A program made the translations under genes and the position numbers. A stretch of 64,000 nt of DNA from Eledone cirrhosa (Eukaryota), in assembly GCA_964016885.1 (NCBI GenBank), contig CAXHJY010001545.1, forward strand, positions 8,169-72,168. Reading direction: 5' to 3'. Shown here one piece after another: positions 27,757-41,601 of this stretch (positions are counted from its first letter, which is position 1; the number at the start of each line of letters is the position of its first letter). Under the pieces are notes generated by a model. The model made no database searches and had not been told where the DNA came from. It saw only the letters and a list, made by a program, of their open reading frames with translations.

Positions 27757-28724
27757 GTGATATAACATCCAGTTTATTAATTACACTGTCTAGTCTAACA
27801 CATTGACACCAATGTGATATAACATCCAGTTTATTAATTACACTGTCTAGTCTAACACATTGACACCAATGTGATATAACATCCAGTTTATTAATTACAC
27901 TGTCTAGTCTAACACATTGACACCAATGTGATATAACATCCAGTTTATTAATTACACTGTCTAGTCTAACACATTGACACCAATGTGATATAGCATCCAG
28001 TTTATTAATTACACTGTCTAGTCTAACACATTAACACCAATGTGATATAACATCCAGTTTATTAATTACACTGTCTAGTCTAACACATTGACACCAATGT
28101 GATATAGCATCCAGTTTATTAATTACACTGTCTAGTCTAACACATTGACACCAATGTGATATAACATCCAGTTTATTAATTACACTGTCTAGTCTAACAC
28201 ATTGACACCAATGTGATATAGCATCCAGTTTATTAATTACACTGTCTAGTCTAACACATTGACACCAATGTGATATAGCATCCAGTTTATTAATTACACT
28301 GTCTAGTCTAACACATTGACACCAATGTGATATAGCATCCAGTTTATTAATTACACTGTCTAGTCTAACACATTAACACCAATGTGATATAACATCCAGT
28401 TTATTAATTACACTGTCTAGTCTAACACATTGACACCAATGTGATATAGCATCCAGTTTATTAATTACACTGTCTAGTCTAACACATTGACACCAATGTT
28501 ATATAGCATCCAGTTTATTAATTACACTGTCTAGTCTAACACATTGACACCAATGTGATATAGCATCCAGTTTATTAATTACACTGTCTAGTCTAATACA
28601 TTGACACCAATGTTATATAGCATCCAGTTTATTAATTACACTGTCTAGTCTAACACATTGACACCAATGTGATATAACATCCAGTTTATTAATTATACTG
28701 CCTAGTCTAACACATTGACACCAA
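27757..28724. repeat. 57-bp minisatellite, ~17 copies
   Basis: Unit tgtgatataacatccagtttattaattacactgtctagtctaacacattgacaccaa, period 57. Confidence 0.95.
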
Positions 28725-28859
28725 ACAATCTATCAAGCTAATCTATAATCAATATTTTCCCAATTGGTTCTACAATTTCAGACCTTCACAGATTATTATA
28801 GACTTTATTGATTCCTTAGATGTTATCTTAAAGTATTTTAAATCAATTAAACTCAGGTT

Positions 28860-29366
28860 CGATTTGTTGAACTCTTTTAGCATAACAACTAGAATAAGGA
28901 TAGGATGGAAGAAGATTAGAGTGGTACTCCTATTGTTGACCACAAAAGGACCACTGTATGATGCCTGTGTGTTAAGTGTGATGGTAGTGAAACATGGGCT
29001 GTGACTACAGAGGACATACATAGACTGGAGAGAAATTAAGCAACCATGCTCTGTTGGATGAGCAATGTAAATGTGAGAGAAAGGCAGAGCTTGGATGCAT
29101 TGAGGGAGAAGCTGGGTTTAAGAGGAATCCGAGGTGGTGTGCAGGAGAGGAGACAAGACTACATTGGTATGGACATGTGATGCATATGGACAATATTGTT
29201 GGGTGAAAATGTGCCAGAAAATGCCAGTGGAAGGAAGCAGCAGTAGAGGTAGACCTAGAAAGACCTGGGCAGAGGTGATGAGAGCTGACCTCAAATCACT
29301 GAGATTCACAGAAAAAAATGACAAAGGAAGAGAGATGCTGTGCTGAGAAGGACTTGTCCAACCCAT
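28860..29366 (+). mobile_element. Degenerate RTE 3' fragment
   Basis: Remnants of LYDAC, GSETW, WYGHV and GRPRKTWAEV. Confidence 0.75.
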
Positions 29367-31436
29367 TTATTTAGAACAATTTAGTAATATATCTAACTTT
29401 CTCATTATTAAAATAGTGTTTGGAACATAACTAAGGATAATATAAACACTATAAAACAGATTTGTATTGTAGAACCAGGGGCAGTTGTAGGCAGGTTAGT
29501 ACCAGAAGGGTTAAAAGCAGAACACGTTGAGGTGATTCGAGTGAATTGGACAGTTTGAAATTGTCTATTAAGTAGTTGATGATGATAATGATGACTACAT
29601 TCGTCTCTTCCCCTTTCAACTGTCCACACCATAATACACTTCATGCAGTTGTTTTTTTTACTCTCATTGGACACATCCTGTATTAGATACTTTTCTCAAT
29701 ACTTTCTTCTTAGAACCAATGTCTATACTTCTTTTTATATATTTTTTCACATGAAAATATGTGGAAAACCAGTATGCAACTTAATGACTGGGCTAACAAA
29801 ACCTCAATTAAAAATATATGATACATTGTAAATATATGTAAAATGGAGGTGCTAATTATTCACAAGTTTCATCGTTATCATCATCATTGTTGTTTTAACA
29901 TCTGCTTTCCCTGCTAGCAAGGGTTGGACAGGTCCATATAGACCAAGTCCATACTGAAGCAGAGCTACTGATCTCCCAAGCAAACCAGAGACCTGTGCCA
30001 CACTTATGTATGGTCTCACATTCCATTGAGTGCTCAAGAGAGGTTATGCCTTTGACACAACTGGAGGTCTCACCCAACTCTTTGTTTGACAAGATTTCTA
30101 TGGCTGGGTGCCTTTCCTATATACTGGGTATGTTTATCGTGTAAATCACTAATATTAGGTAGGTTGTCATGTCCTTGACAGGAAGATATTTTTCCAGAAC
30201 TAGCCTTCAACCATCTCTTTCTTGAACCCATAGACATGCAACAATTTAAATGAAACATTACTCAATTTAATTATATTAAGTCATTTCTAGACTTTTTAGA
30301 CATGTAAATAGAATAAATATAATGAGGTGATATTTGGGAATGTATTTAAGAGTTATTCAGTTATAAGTTGAAATATTTTAAAATAATTTTTGTATTTAAT
30401 TTGTCACCTTGGCCACAAATCCTGGTACCACAGCTTGACAGGAAGACAAGCAAATACCAGAGCTTGTCTGGCCCCTTCCTCTTTGTACTGGTCACCGTCA
30501 AGACCCCAGGTGTCCTCAGACTCCAGACAGCTGACCTCCTCTATAAAATCGGATCAAGAGCAGCCTGTCTGAGGGAGGAGTCCCATGAGGTGGGGGTGGC
30601 AGTTGTAGCAGGTGTTGTTTGCCATTGTCCGCGGAAATGCCTTTGCCATTTTGTTCACGGGATGCAGCCGAAACATCACACTGATCTAGGTGTAGAGTCT
30701 GTTACCTTCTCCCCCTTTCTTTCTTCCTTTGTCTAGTAGTCCTTGCTCTTCCCCTCCTTTTGCTTACAATTATGGCATTTATAGTCCTTTCCACTACTGC
30801 TCTCTTTTTCTGTATGTTTATATAACTCTACTACAAAATAAAACAGTCCCCCATTTTGCAAGATTCTCAATGAGAACTTAAATGTTAAAAGAGGTTTTGT
30901 TGTACTTTGAGAGATGATATGACTAATAAAACACATTGGTTGTATTGCACTTTGGTTTAATTAGCTAATTAAATAAATTAACCAACTTATTAATTAGTTT
31001 GTCATAAATCTTTCATCAGAGCCTGCTCTCTGTCTGAGAGACAGAGAACAAGAAATAAGTGATGATAAGGAGGAGATTCATGGAGGGTACAGAGTAATTG
31101 ATAAGGTTACAGGTTGTGAAGAAAGAACTATGACAAATCAATCAATAAATTTATTAATCAACTAATTATCTACTTGATAATGATGGATCCTACATTGGTT
31201 TCAGTAATGAGAATTCAGTTGTTTGATCAACTGACAATCCAACTCATATAGAGATAGATTAGCAAAATTTAATAAGCAAGGGAGGGACGAGCATGAAAAA
31301 ACCTGAAAAAAAATAAGGGGGGGGGGGGGGTAGACGATTATTCAAAACCTGAGAGTATTTCCCAAAGTACAATTTAAACTTATTAAGAAAGGATATTAAA
31401 ATTACTTGTACTATTACTGATTATATTTATACTTAC

Positions 31437-31545
31437 TTTTTTTTCTGAAAGATTTAAGGCTCTTGTATGCAGTTGCCTTGCATATGATTTAGACCAATCT
31501 ATTGGAAGTAAGTTACCAAAGTTTCCTGTAATTGTCCACCACATT
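31437..31545 (-). CDS. FEZ/unc-76: Internal coding exon of the FEZ/UNC-76 family gene, upstream of the 8578-8730 exon
   Basis: tttctgttatag|A ATG TGG...AAA|gtaagt, 109 nt. Encodes MWWTITGNFGNLLPIDWSKSYARQLHTRALNLSEKK, the conserved UNC-76 WWTxTGNFGNxLPIDWSK motif. It ends in phase 0, compatible with the next exon. Confidence 0.9.
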
Positions 31546-31732
31546 CTATAACAGAAACAACAACATTAACAAACAATTTACAAAGATTGATATATATATA
31601 TATATATATTCCCTGATGAAACCCTAATTAGGGTAACAAATCAATTAAGAATATTCATATTTTTTTCAATTTACAAAGAAATATGTAAATTTGAATGTTT
31701 ACATACATTTATATGGGGGGGGGGGGGGGTGC

Positions 31733-31771
<39 letters not shown>

Positions 31772-32484
31772 AATTATTGTGTACAGTGCTCAGGTGCACT
31801 ACAACAAAGATTGCAACCTAATAACAGCCCTAGCAGAAATTGAACCCTAAATCAAGTTCTCAGCAATTCCACATATCCTACCACTACACCATATGTATGT
31901 GAGTTAGTATAAGGTCCCCCTCACTTCCCCTTCCAAACCAACAACAACAAGATACATCTCTCTCAACAAAAATTCCAACACTAACTTTAATCACATTTTT
32001 TTCATTGCTGTCATTTTCTTTTTATCAAAAGACATGTATCTCATTAACCCTTTCCCCCAGACACACCCAAATTCATCTTTTACTTACTTACATAATAAAG
32101 AAAGTTGTTGAAGTGTTTCTTTATAAATTTAAGATAGTTCATTCAGTTATAAGAAAAGAACTTGAAAAGCATTTGGCCATTATATTTCGATAGTATTTTA
32201 GTCACTAAAGTTCATCTATGAAATGGAATCAGTGGGAGGGTACTTTTACTACCCCTTTCTAAAACATTAAACACCCATCAACAATATCTCTAGAGAACAA
32301 ATCTGACCATTACACCCAGCTCCATCACCCCAACACCTCCCAACTCCACTCTCAATCAATCATCTTGCTTTTACTATTTACTATTTTCTTTCATCTTTTT
32401 GTATAAATATATATTTTTAATTTCTTTAAATCTTCATCAACACTCCTTCAGTTCCATCCTCAATATATATGAGATTTCAAATAT

Positions 32485-33270
32485 ATAGGAGATTGCATTG
32501 GTATGGACATGTGATGCATATGAAGGATGACAGCTGCATAAAAAAGTGCAGAGCGCTCAAAGTCGATGGAAGCCTTGGAGTGGAAGACTTGGGATGATGT
32601 GATAAAAGCTGACCTTGCCCAATTGCATTTTTCAAAGGCAACAACACATGACTAGGATCTCTGGCGATATGCAGTAATACAGAAGACAACTTCCCACGAG
32701 CACAAACTGAAGCATATATACAGTAAGCCCCACCCTCCCATACACCCCAGGCCAAAGTAAATGCATCCTGTAAAGCCCCCAGCCCACACTGTAAAGTGGT
32801 CATGCAGGTGTCATGACAAAAAGCACCCAGTACTCACTGTAAATTGAAGTTGATGTTGGGAAGGCATCCAGCTACAGAAACTAAGCCAGAACCAGACCAG
32901 TATGAACATGGTCACCTGACCTAGGATTGCCCACAACAGGACAATCCCACCTAACCCATGCTAGCGTGGAAAATGGAAGTAAAGATAGGGGTGATGATAT
33001 GTGCGCATATACACACATATCTATATATAGACCATGTGTGTATATATGTATATAACATCCAGCCCACACTGTAAAGTGGACGTGTAAAAGACAGCAAAAA
33101 GCACCCAGCACACACTGTCAATGTGGTTGGCATTAGGAAGGGCATCCAGCTGTAGAAAACCAGCCAGAAACACTCCTATATGAGTGAGACATGGTCACCC
33201 GACCCAACTTGCCTCTAAATGGGAGACAAACCATGAGGTAGCGTGGGAGAAAGACATTAATTGATGATAT
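32485..33270 (+). mobile_element. Degenerate RTE 3' end plus a second RTE/SINE tail
   Basis: [20 protein letters not shown] remnant and ggaagggcatccagct tails. Confidence 0.7.
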
Positions 33271-33854
33271 ATATAAAGCAAGTTTGTTTTGAAACGTCAA
33301 TACTCATCCTTTTCCATTCAGAAGATTTTTTTAAATCCCCACCATCAGACTAATATATATGAGATGGCCACTTAGACCCGTTTTTTTCTGCCACTGCTCA
33401 ATCTCCTCTATCTTTCAATTTCTTCTTTGATTTTTCATTCTGTTTTCTGTCCGAAACATTAAGACTCTTTTCCTATGTCATAAAACTAATAATATATTTC
33501 TTTATTGTACTGTGTCGTTTGTTTTGTAATTTCTGTTTCTGTTTTGCATTCATACATATACATTATATTACAATTGTATTTCTATGATTTTTTGTTCACG
33601 ATCGCCTGTGTGATTTTTTGTCTTTAATTTTCCGGTGTTTACTCCCCCCCTCCCTACGTTTTTCTGTTTATTTTGATCATGCCTTTATTTTTAAATTTTC
33701 TCATTCCTTGTATTTTGATCATGCTTTATTTTTATTTATTATTTATTATATTTTTGTCTTTATTTGTTAATTTTTCATTTGCACCGTTTCCTTTCGCTAT
33801 ATGTCTCTCCACCACTCCCCTACACACCTTTTGAACTCTGTTCCCACACACTTC

Positions 33855-33890
33855 TCACCTGAAGAAGGGCTTATGCCCGAAACGTCGTCC
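33855..33890 (+). ncRNA. Minimal hammerhead motif in a short non-coding PLE-like repeat
   Basis: CUGAAGA-A-GGGC(uuau)GCCC-GAAA-CG-UC. Stem III is the palindrome ACGU, the triplet is GUC, and stem I is weak. Confidence 0.65.
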
Positions 33891-33963
33891 CCCACTCTCC
33901 TGAGCGTGAATTTAATAAACATTTATCGTACTGCCTCTCTGTTCTGTCCCTGTTCAATTTTTC

Positions 33964-34024
<61 letters not shown>

Positions 34025-34964
34025 TAATTAGGAAGAGCTCTCTTCTTAATATTTTGAACAGCACTGGGAGCTAAGCAGCAATGTGAATGCTATAATTAAG
34101 CTACTTAGCCACAATGTATTGTGAAAAATAATGAGTAAGAAGTGTAATTTAAATACAGGGATAAAATATTTAACTGTTTGATTAATCTAAGATGTAGATA
34201 AAGATTGAAACAGAAACAAAGCTAATACACACACACGTGTGTGTGTGTGTGTATGAAATTGAAACCAACTTTTAGTTATATATATCAGATTAACATAAAT
34301 TTGATATCTAAATATAATCTTATTTATAGATTTAAAGAACCAATGTTCAAATTACCATATGTAGCAATTATTGCATTCAACTATCAAAAAGATTAATGAC
34401 ATCATCATCATCATTATTCTGAGTTCAAATCCCACCTCCTGTTACTGGAAAAGTAGTGACACTTTTACCAGGAGTTGCAACTGATAGTATCAATAATGGA
34501 ACGACCAATGGAAACATAGTTTCACTGATCTGATTGGATTATTGGCATCTTTCCCTTTCTTTCATTATCACTAACTCTAGTTAACCTCATTACATAAATC
34601 CTAATTACTGCTTTTGTGTCCATAATACTTCAATATATTTTATTTTGGAAGTCACATCTAATTTTTCTAATTATAATTTGCCTACTCTTGTGTCCCAAAT
34701 AATAGGGGGTGGGGTGGAATAAAGCAGGGGGGGGGGTCCAGTAATTTTTCTAGGTTGTGTCCGTTGATTTAAAAAAAATCCCAGAATTAGTCGTTTAGTT
34801 TACATATTGACGCCCCAACCCATCCTATTTATTTTATAACATATGGGATTTCTAATGTACTTTTTTTGTCATGTATAATTTTTTTAATGTCTAAAGAAAT
34901 TGCAGGAATGCTGCTACTTAAAATAAAATTTTGCTGGAGATAGATTAGCAAAATTTAATAAGTG

Positions 34965-35175
34965 TCAATATAATATTTACATATACACATATGATATTAA
35001 TATGTTTACATATATACACATATGATATCAATATACTATTTACATATACACATATGATGTTAATATTTTACATATACACACATATGATATCAATATGTTT
35101 ACATATATACACATGATATCAATATGTTTACACATACACACATATGGTGTCAATATAATGTTTACATATACACAC
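34965..35175. repeat. ~30-bp degenerate tandem repeat (atatgtttacatatatacacatatgatatca)
   Basis: About 7 copies seen directly. Confidence 0.75.
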
Positions 35176-35725
35176 AACACGGTTTAAGCTTGCCCATCAG
35201 GCACTGTATCTTGTAATAATCATTATCATCATTACTGTTTAATGTCTATTTTTCCACACTAGCATGGATGGGTCAGACAGGCTGCCCACGTTATGAAACA
35301 AGTCTGACCAGTTAGCCACGCCGTACCTTGCTCAAATGGAACTGTATTTTGGCTGGGTTTTTTACATCAACCACATTTACAGTGTGGAACTGGATATATA
35401 CATATACATGACAAGCTTCATACAGTTTCCAGCTACTAAATTCACACATAAGGCGCCATGTTGTGGGGCGGAGAAATGAATTTTTAACTACCCAACCATA
35501 CATGAGTCTACTGTCATAACTAGGGAAATGACATTTGTTATTTATGAAATTAAATGGAATGGCCTCTAGCTGTAGAAGCCATTGCAAAAAGGGTTGAGAG
35601 GACACTTCACTCATGTCAAGGACATAATAACCAACCCAGTGCTTGTACCATGATAAAATACTTCCAGGTCACTCTGTAAAGTGACTGGTGTAAGGACGGA
35701 CATTCAGGAAGGCAGTAGTTCTGAA

Positions 35726-35948
35726 TTAACCCTTTAGCATTCAAACCGGCCATATCTGGCCAGAAATCTCTCTCTCTGTTCAAACCAGTTGAAACTGGCC
35801 ACTTATACTGATGTTAAGGTATTGTTCTCAAAATAAATAACATCAAAATCTCATAGATTGATATTATGTGAGATAATTATGTAAGATAAAGTGTTTACTA
35901 CAAAAATACAATAGTATATATAGAGTAATGTGAATGCTAAAGGGTTAA
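35726..35948. mobile_element. piggyBac-like MITE with TTAA target duplication
   Basis: TTAA-CCCTTTAGCATTCA ... TGAATGCTAAAGGG-TTAA perfect TIRs. A diverged copy lies at 41154-41395. Confidence 0.8.
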
Positions 35949-36099
35949 GTACTGATTAGATCAACAATGACTTGTCCAGAATATGTTAGTCAGGGAAGAT
36001 AAACATAGAATGATGGTGAGGATGATGATGATTTCTTGCTGTATGAGTATTGAAATTTTAATATTTAGATCAATAGGCCAACACATTACATGACAGCAA

Positions 36100-36510
36100 A
36101 TTGAGAGATCACAGCTCCAATATTACATACATATGGTTAGAATGTCTCAGGAAAGAATCACTGGACAGATTTGAGAGATCACAGCTCCGATATTACATAT
36201 GGTTAGAATGTCTCAGGAAAGAATCACTGGACAGATTTGAGAGATTACAACTCCGATATTATGGGCCTGGGGTTAGAATGTCTCAGGAAAGAATCACTGG
36301 ACAGATTTTATGGGCAAAACCAACTGGCAGGAAACCTGGGAGTAGACCCCAAGCAAGATAGTTGGATAACATCCATGAGCTCAGCTGGTCAAGCTTGGAG
36401 ATCTAGCTGGATCAATTGGAGATGGTTGCTTCTGACAGAACCCTCTGGAAGGAGTATTTGAGGATTCGGACTCCACGACCCTCTCAGGAATAAGTGAGCA
36501 AAGAAGTAGA
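36100..36510 (+). mobile_element. Degenerate LINE 3' remnant with internal tandem duplication
   Basis: ERSQLRY...RMSQERI...KPTGRKPGSRPQAR. A block of ~65 bp is duplicated. Confidence 0.55.
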
Positions 36511-37864
36511 AGACATCTGAATACAAAAAATAAAATATTGAAGGGAATATTGATTTCTTCTTCAAATGATAGAAAGCCAACATTTATAGGTATGGCATAT
36601 AGCCAACTAAATTGACTTTATTGTATAACTAGTACTTATTTTATTTCATTTTATTGACCTTAGCAGGGTGAAAGTCACTCTGCTAATAACATCTGAACTC
36701 AAAACTGAAAATCAAAACAAATATTAATACTATAAGGTATTATTACAATCACACAGTTTCTAGAAATGTCCTGTAATACTAACAATATCTGTTTGTCTGT
36801 CTGTCTATCTTTCTATCTGTCAGTCTATATATCTATCTACCTACCTATCTATCACCATTTAATGTCTGTTTTCCCTACTAGCAAATGTTGTACATTATAT
36901 ATATAGATATATCATCATCACCATTTAACGTCTATTCCTCCACACTCGCATGGGTTAGATCAGTTGTCCCACTGTGTGTTTTTTACTTTAGATAGTAAAG
37001 TGTTGTGGGAACCACTAAGGTTCCAAGATACCACAAGACATAATACATACCAGTGGTAGTACTTTCTGTTTAGGTAGGATTTCTACAACTAGATGCTTTC
37101 CTAATGCCAACCTCTTTGGGTGTATTTTATCACAGCACCAGCATAGCTGACAGAATCATTCTTAAAGATTCACTCTTTCATTTCACAAATATTTCCATTG
37201 ATAGATGTTGATCTGAAAAACCAACCATTGTGCTGTTGTTGCTAAGATTGGTGGTTGTGTCTTGTACTATACAGTAGATATGGTACTAAAGACATCTGTG
37301 AGTCATCCCTGTCCCCCAATAGTAGTGGCCATATTCCCCGTGGACTTCCTTGTAATGATGAAATCCAACATGTTTAGGATTTCTTAGTGTGTCCACATTA
37401 CTAATGAAGACGGCTTAGCTGAGTAATCTACAGGACACAACCACAGTAGAATGGCAGATGTTTGTCCCTTGCTATACATATCCAGGAAGAGACTAATGAG
37501 AGCCGCACTCAAATGGAAGTGAGGAGGGGAGCATAGTTGAAGTCGGTGAAGGAATATCTAGCAGATGTAGGCATGACCTGACATGACTTGTGACCATGCA
37601 GAACAGGGATCACTCACTACCAAATGTTCCATAGGGAGCAAAAGGAACTAAAGAAGATGAACTAGATATATTAAGAGATATTTTCATCATAGTAGCCTCT
37701 GTAAAGAACAATCTGGCCTACTTCTTAATGACATTCACTGGAGCAAATAAAATATGTTTAACAGACAATAACTGTAGCTGAAGTATTTGAAGGATCATCT
37801 ATCTACGAGTCTATTCAGTGACTGTGTATCTATCTAAGTCTAAATCTATTACACACATATGCAA

Positions 37865-38322
37865 TGACGTGTGTGAAGTGCAATGTTGCATGGTAGTGAA
37901 ACATGGGCAGTGACTGCAGAAAAGAAGTGTAAACTGGAGAGAAATGAAGCAGTCATGCTTTATTGGATATGCAATGTAAATGCGAGAAAAAGGCAGAGTT
38001 GGGATAAACTAAGGGGGAAGCTGGGTTTAAGAGGAATCTGAGGTGATGTACAGAAGAGAAGACTGTGTTGGTACAGACATGTGATACATATGGATGATGA
38101 TTGTTGGGTGAAGAGATGCCAGGAAATGCCAGTGGAGCGAAGTTGCAGTAGAGGTAGACCAAAAACGACCTGGGCAGAGGTGGTGAGAGCTGATCTCAAA
38201 ACACTGAGACTCACAGAGATGACAAAGAAACGTAGTGTGTGGAGAGATGCTGTGCTGAGAAGGACCTGTCTAACCCATGCAAGTGTGGAAAAACAGGCAT
38301 AAAAACAACGATGATGATGATG
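37865..38322 (+). mobile_element. Degenerate RTE 3' fragment with (GAT)n tail
   Basis: MLHGSETW...GRPKTTWAEVVRADL remnants. Confidence 0.75.
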
Positions 38323-38854
38323 AATACATACATAGAATAGTTAAACATTAACTGAATGAGTACTCAATACATGTGAGCAGAGTATAAAGTATTTGGGGTT
38401 TTTTTCTGAAGAAAAAGGTGACACTAACATCAAGTTTCAGCGATGATATACAAACATACATAACATATACATATATAATCATCATCACCGTTTTACATTC
38501 ATTCTTCCATGCTAGCATGGGTTAGACGGGTTGTCCTGTTGTGGGCAATGCCAGATCAGGTGTCCTTGTCTTGCTCATACAGAACTGATTTTCAATTGTT
38601 TTCTACAGTCGGATGCCCTTCCTAACACCAACCTCATTTACAGTGACTACTGGGTGCTTTTTACCGTGGCGCCTACACGACCACTTTAGTGTGGACTGCA
38701 TACTTTTTTGTTTGACACCTACACGACCTCTTTACAGTGGGAGGGAAGGTTGGGCAAGAGATGTCAACATGAATGGACCTGTTATTTTTATCTAAAGACA
38801 TTTTTTCCAATTCCATCCCGCCCGTCCCCTCAATCTATTTTATTTCTCATTCTT

Positions 38855-38890
38855 TCTTCTGATGAAGGACTAGCGTCCGAAACGTTAAGA
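38855..38890 (+). ncRNA. Minimal type I hammerhead motif
   Basis: UCUU-CUGAUGA-A-GGAC(uagc)GUCC-GAAA-CG-UU/AAGA. Stems I and II pair. Confidence 0.72.
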
Positions 38891-39002
38891 CCCTCTTCCT
38901 GCTATATCAAGCGTTAACCTAATATATACCTTCCATATACTGTACTGATTGTGTTGTTATTTCTGTTTACCTTTTACATATATATATATGTAAAATATAT
39001 AT

Positions 39003-39325
39003 GGAGGCACATGGCTTAGTGGTTAGAGCATTGGCCTTGCAATCGAAAGGTTGTGAGTTCAATTCTCAGACCGGGTGATGTGTTGTTTCCTTGAGCAAGA
39101 CACTTTATTTCACATTGCAGCTGTAGAAATGAGATGATAGGGACTGGGGTCCATATCATTCCACTGCAAAGTGGTCGTGGAGGTGCCACGGCAAAAAAGC
39201 ACCCAGCACTCACTGTAAAAATGAGGTTGGTGTTAGAAAGGGCATCCAGCTGTAGAAATCAAGCCAGAATCAGTTCCTGTCCCACCCTTGCAAGCAGGGA
39301 AAAGTGGACGTAAAATGAAATGAAG
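39003..39325 (+). mobile_element. tRNA-derived SINE with CORE-like domain and RTE-derived 3' tail
   Basis: A box TGGCTTAGTGG, B box GAGTTCAATTC, then tccttgagcaagacacttt. The tail is shared with RTE 3' UTRs in this window. Confidence 0.78.
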
Positions 39326-39369
39326 GAAATGAATATATAATATATGCATGATGATGATCATCACACTTA

Positions 39370-39825
39370 CATATACACCGAGGAGATGACGAAGGACTGT
39401 GACACGTGGGGAGATGCTGTGCTGAATAGGACCCGTCCAACCCTTGCAAGCAGGGAAAAGCAGACGTAAAATGATGATGGTGATGATGGCATCACAGAAG
39501 ACCCGACTTCCCACGGGAACAAGCCGAAGCTGAGGCATATAGACAATTTGCCCCCACCCCCACCTACTGAAAAGTAGTCATGGAGGTGTCACAACAAAAA
39601 AGCACCCAGTCCACACTGTAAAGTGGTCGTGTAGGTGCCATAATAAAAAAGCACCCAGTACTCACTGTAAATGAGGTTGGTGTTAGGAAGGGCATCCAGC
39701 TGTAAAAATCAAGCCAAAATCAGTTCCCGTATGAGCAAGACAAGTTCACCTGACTTGGCACACAACAGGACAACCTGTCTAACCCATGCTAGCGTGGAAG
39801 AATGGATGTAAAACGGTGATGATGT
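39370..39825 (+). mobile_element. Two adjacent RTE 3' tail fragments
   Basis: Similar to 38200-38322 and to the reverse of 63265-63600. Confidence 0.65.
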
Positions 39826-40826
39826 TATATATATATATCCATACACACACACACACACACACACACCCACACATATATATATATATATAAAAATACACAC
39901 ATGTATATATTATATAGCTGCAGTGTTAATGTTCATCTTATCTCTTCTAAAAATCTCAATACCAAAAGATAGGTTTGCATGCAATATTGCAGTAATAGCT
40001 AGAAATATAGAGTTGTAGACAGTGGCAATAGTAGCAATGCAGTAAAATATCAGTTGGCAATATTTATGATAGTAGCTAGCATGTCCTAAAACAACTGGCA
40101 AACAGCCATATAGATCTACAGTCTACTATATTGACTGTAACAAACATTGTCTGTGAATATTGAAATATAACACACACATATGTACACCTTCATTATTATT
40201 ATCATGATATAATGTAGCCACATTCATACAACATAGTACACAATATTGAAATATAGAAGATGTGTGGCAATTAAAAACAAATAGGGCATGCATGCTTCAC
40301 TGGATGTGTGAATGACAGAGCACACACAAGCTGAGAAAAAAGCTGAGTATAAGTAGAATTCTATGTAATGTTTACAAGAGATGATTGTAGTGGTATGGAC
40401 ATGTGATGCATAAAGAGAGCTAGAGTTGTGTAAAAAGGTGCTGAGTGTTTGAAGTAAATGGAATCTGTGGAAGAGGGAAACCAAGGAAGACATGGGCTAA
40501 AGTTCTCAAGAAACTGAACCTCATGAAAAAGTGACAGGACCAAGCATACTAACGATATGCCATAATACAAAAGACCCACCAAGCACTGTGACATAAAAAG
40601 TAAATGTGAAATATTGAAACCAAGTGTTTGGCAATCAGATAGAAGCACTATAGGGTTTGGGGGGAATCTTCTGTCTAGTTGAGCATATGAAACCTCTATA
40701 GTGTTAAATAAGTGACATATGATCAAGATGAGGTCACTCCAACCTGTCTAGTACTGTGAGAACCTATCCAACCTGTTGTGCTAGCATGGAAAGTGGACAT
40801 AAAATAATGATGATTATGACACAAAC

Positions 40827-40880
<54 letters not shown>

Positions 40881-41153
40881 CATCATTGACATCATTTAAT
40901 GTCTGTTTTTACATCTTGGCAAGGATTGTAGTACATATTATCATAGACCAAGTGAGTACATAATCAGAACTAGTGACCTGCATTTTTATTACATACTTCC
41001 AGCACTTCACTGACCATACTGGATGTACTTTTTGGAGCCCTTCGAATCTGCTCAACATTTTGTTTTCCATGACTAAATGGCCTTCCTAACATCTACCTCT
41101 TTACACACACACGTGTGTGTGTGTGTGTGTGTGTGTATAAATAGGTAACTACT

Positions 41154-41601
41154 TTTCTGTCAAACAAGTTATATTAATCCTTTAGCATTTAAACCACCCA
41201 TACCAGGCCAGAATTCTCTCACCTCTTTTTGTTCAAACTGGCTGTAACTGGCCATTCATACCAATGTTATAAATAAATAATAACATCATCAAAATCTTGT
41301 AGATTTGAAATTATGTGAGATAATTATGTGAGATAAAACCTTTACCATCAAAATACAATAGTAAATATAGAGTAATATCAATGGTAAAAGGTTAAAACCT
41401 TTTCATACCAAACCCTCTGAAACCAACTCTAGTTCTACTACACTATATCTCAAAACCTTCCATCATAATTTTATGTAAGAACCTTTGATATGTTATGTTC
41501 CAAACATCAGCTTAATAATGAGAAAGTTAGTTGTGTTACTAAATCAAAACAATTTGAAAATCCTAAGTAGAGGATTGGAAATATGATAATGAAAGGGTTA
41601 A
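41154..41601. mobile_element. Two adjacent TTAA-ended MITEs
   Basis: 41154-41395 resembles 35726-35948, and 41393-41601 resembles 24356-24598. Confidence 0.6.

Noticed and set aside
31612-31650. Hammerhead CTGATGA-A-ACCC..GGGT
   Set aside because: GAAA is missing, so it is at best a decayed copy and is not called as a feature.
39003-39075. tRNA gene
   Set aside because: A and B boxes are present, but there is no good acceptor stem and the sequence continues into a SINE body.
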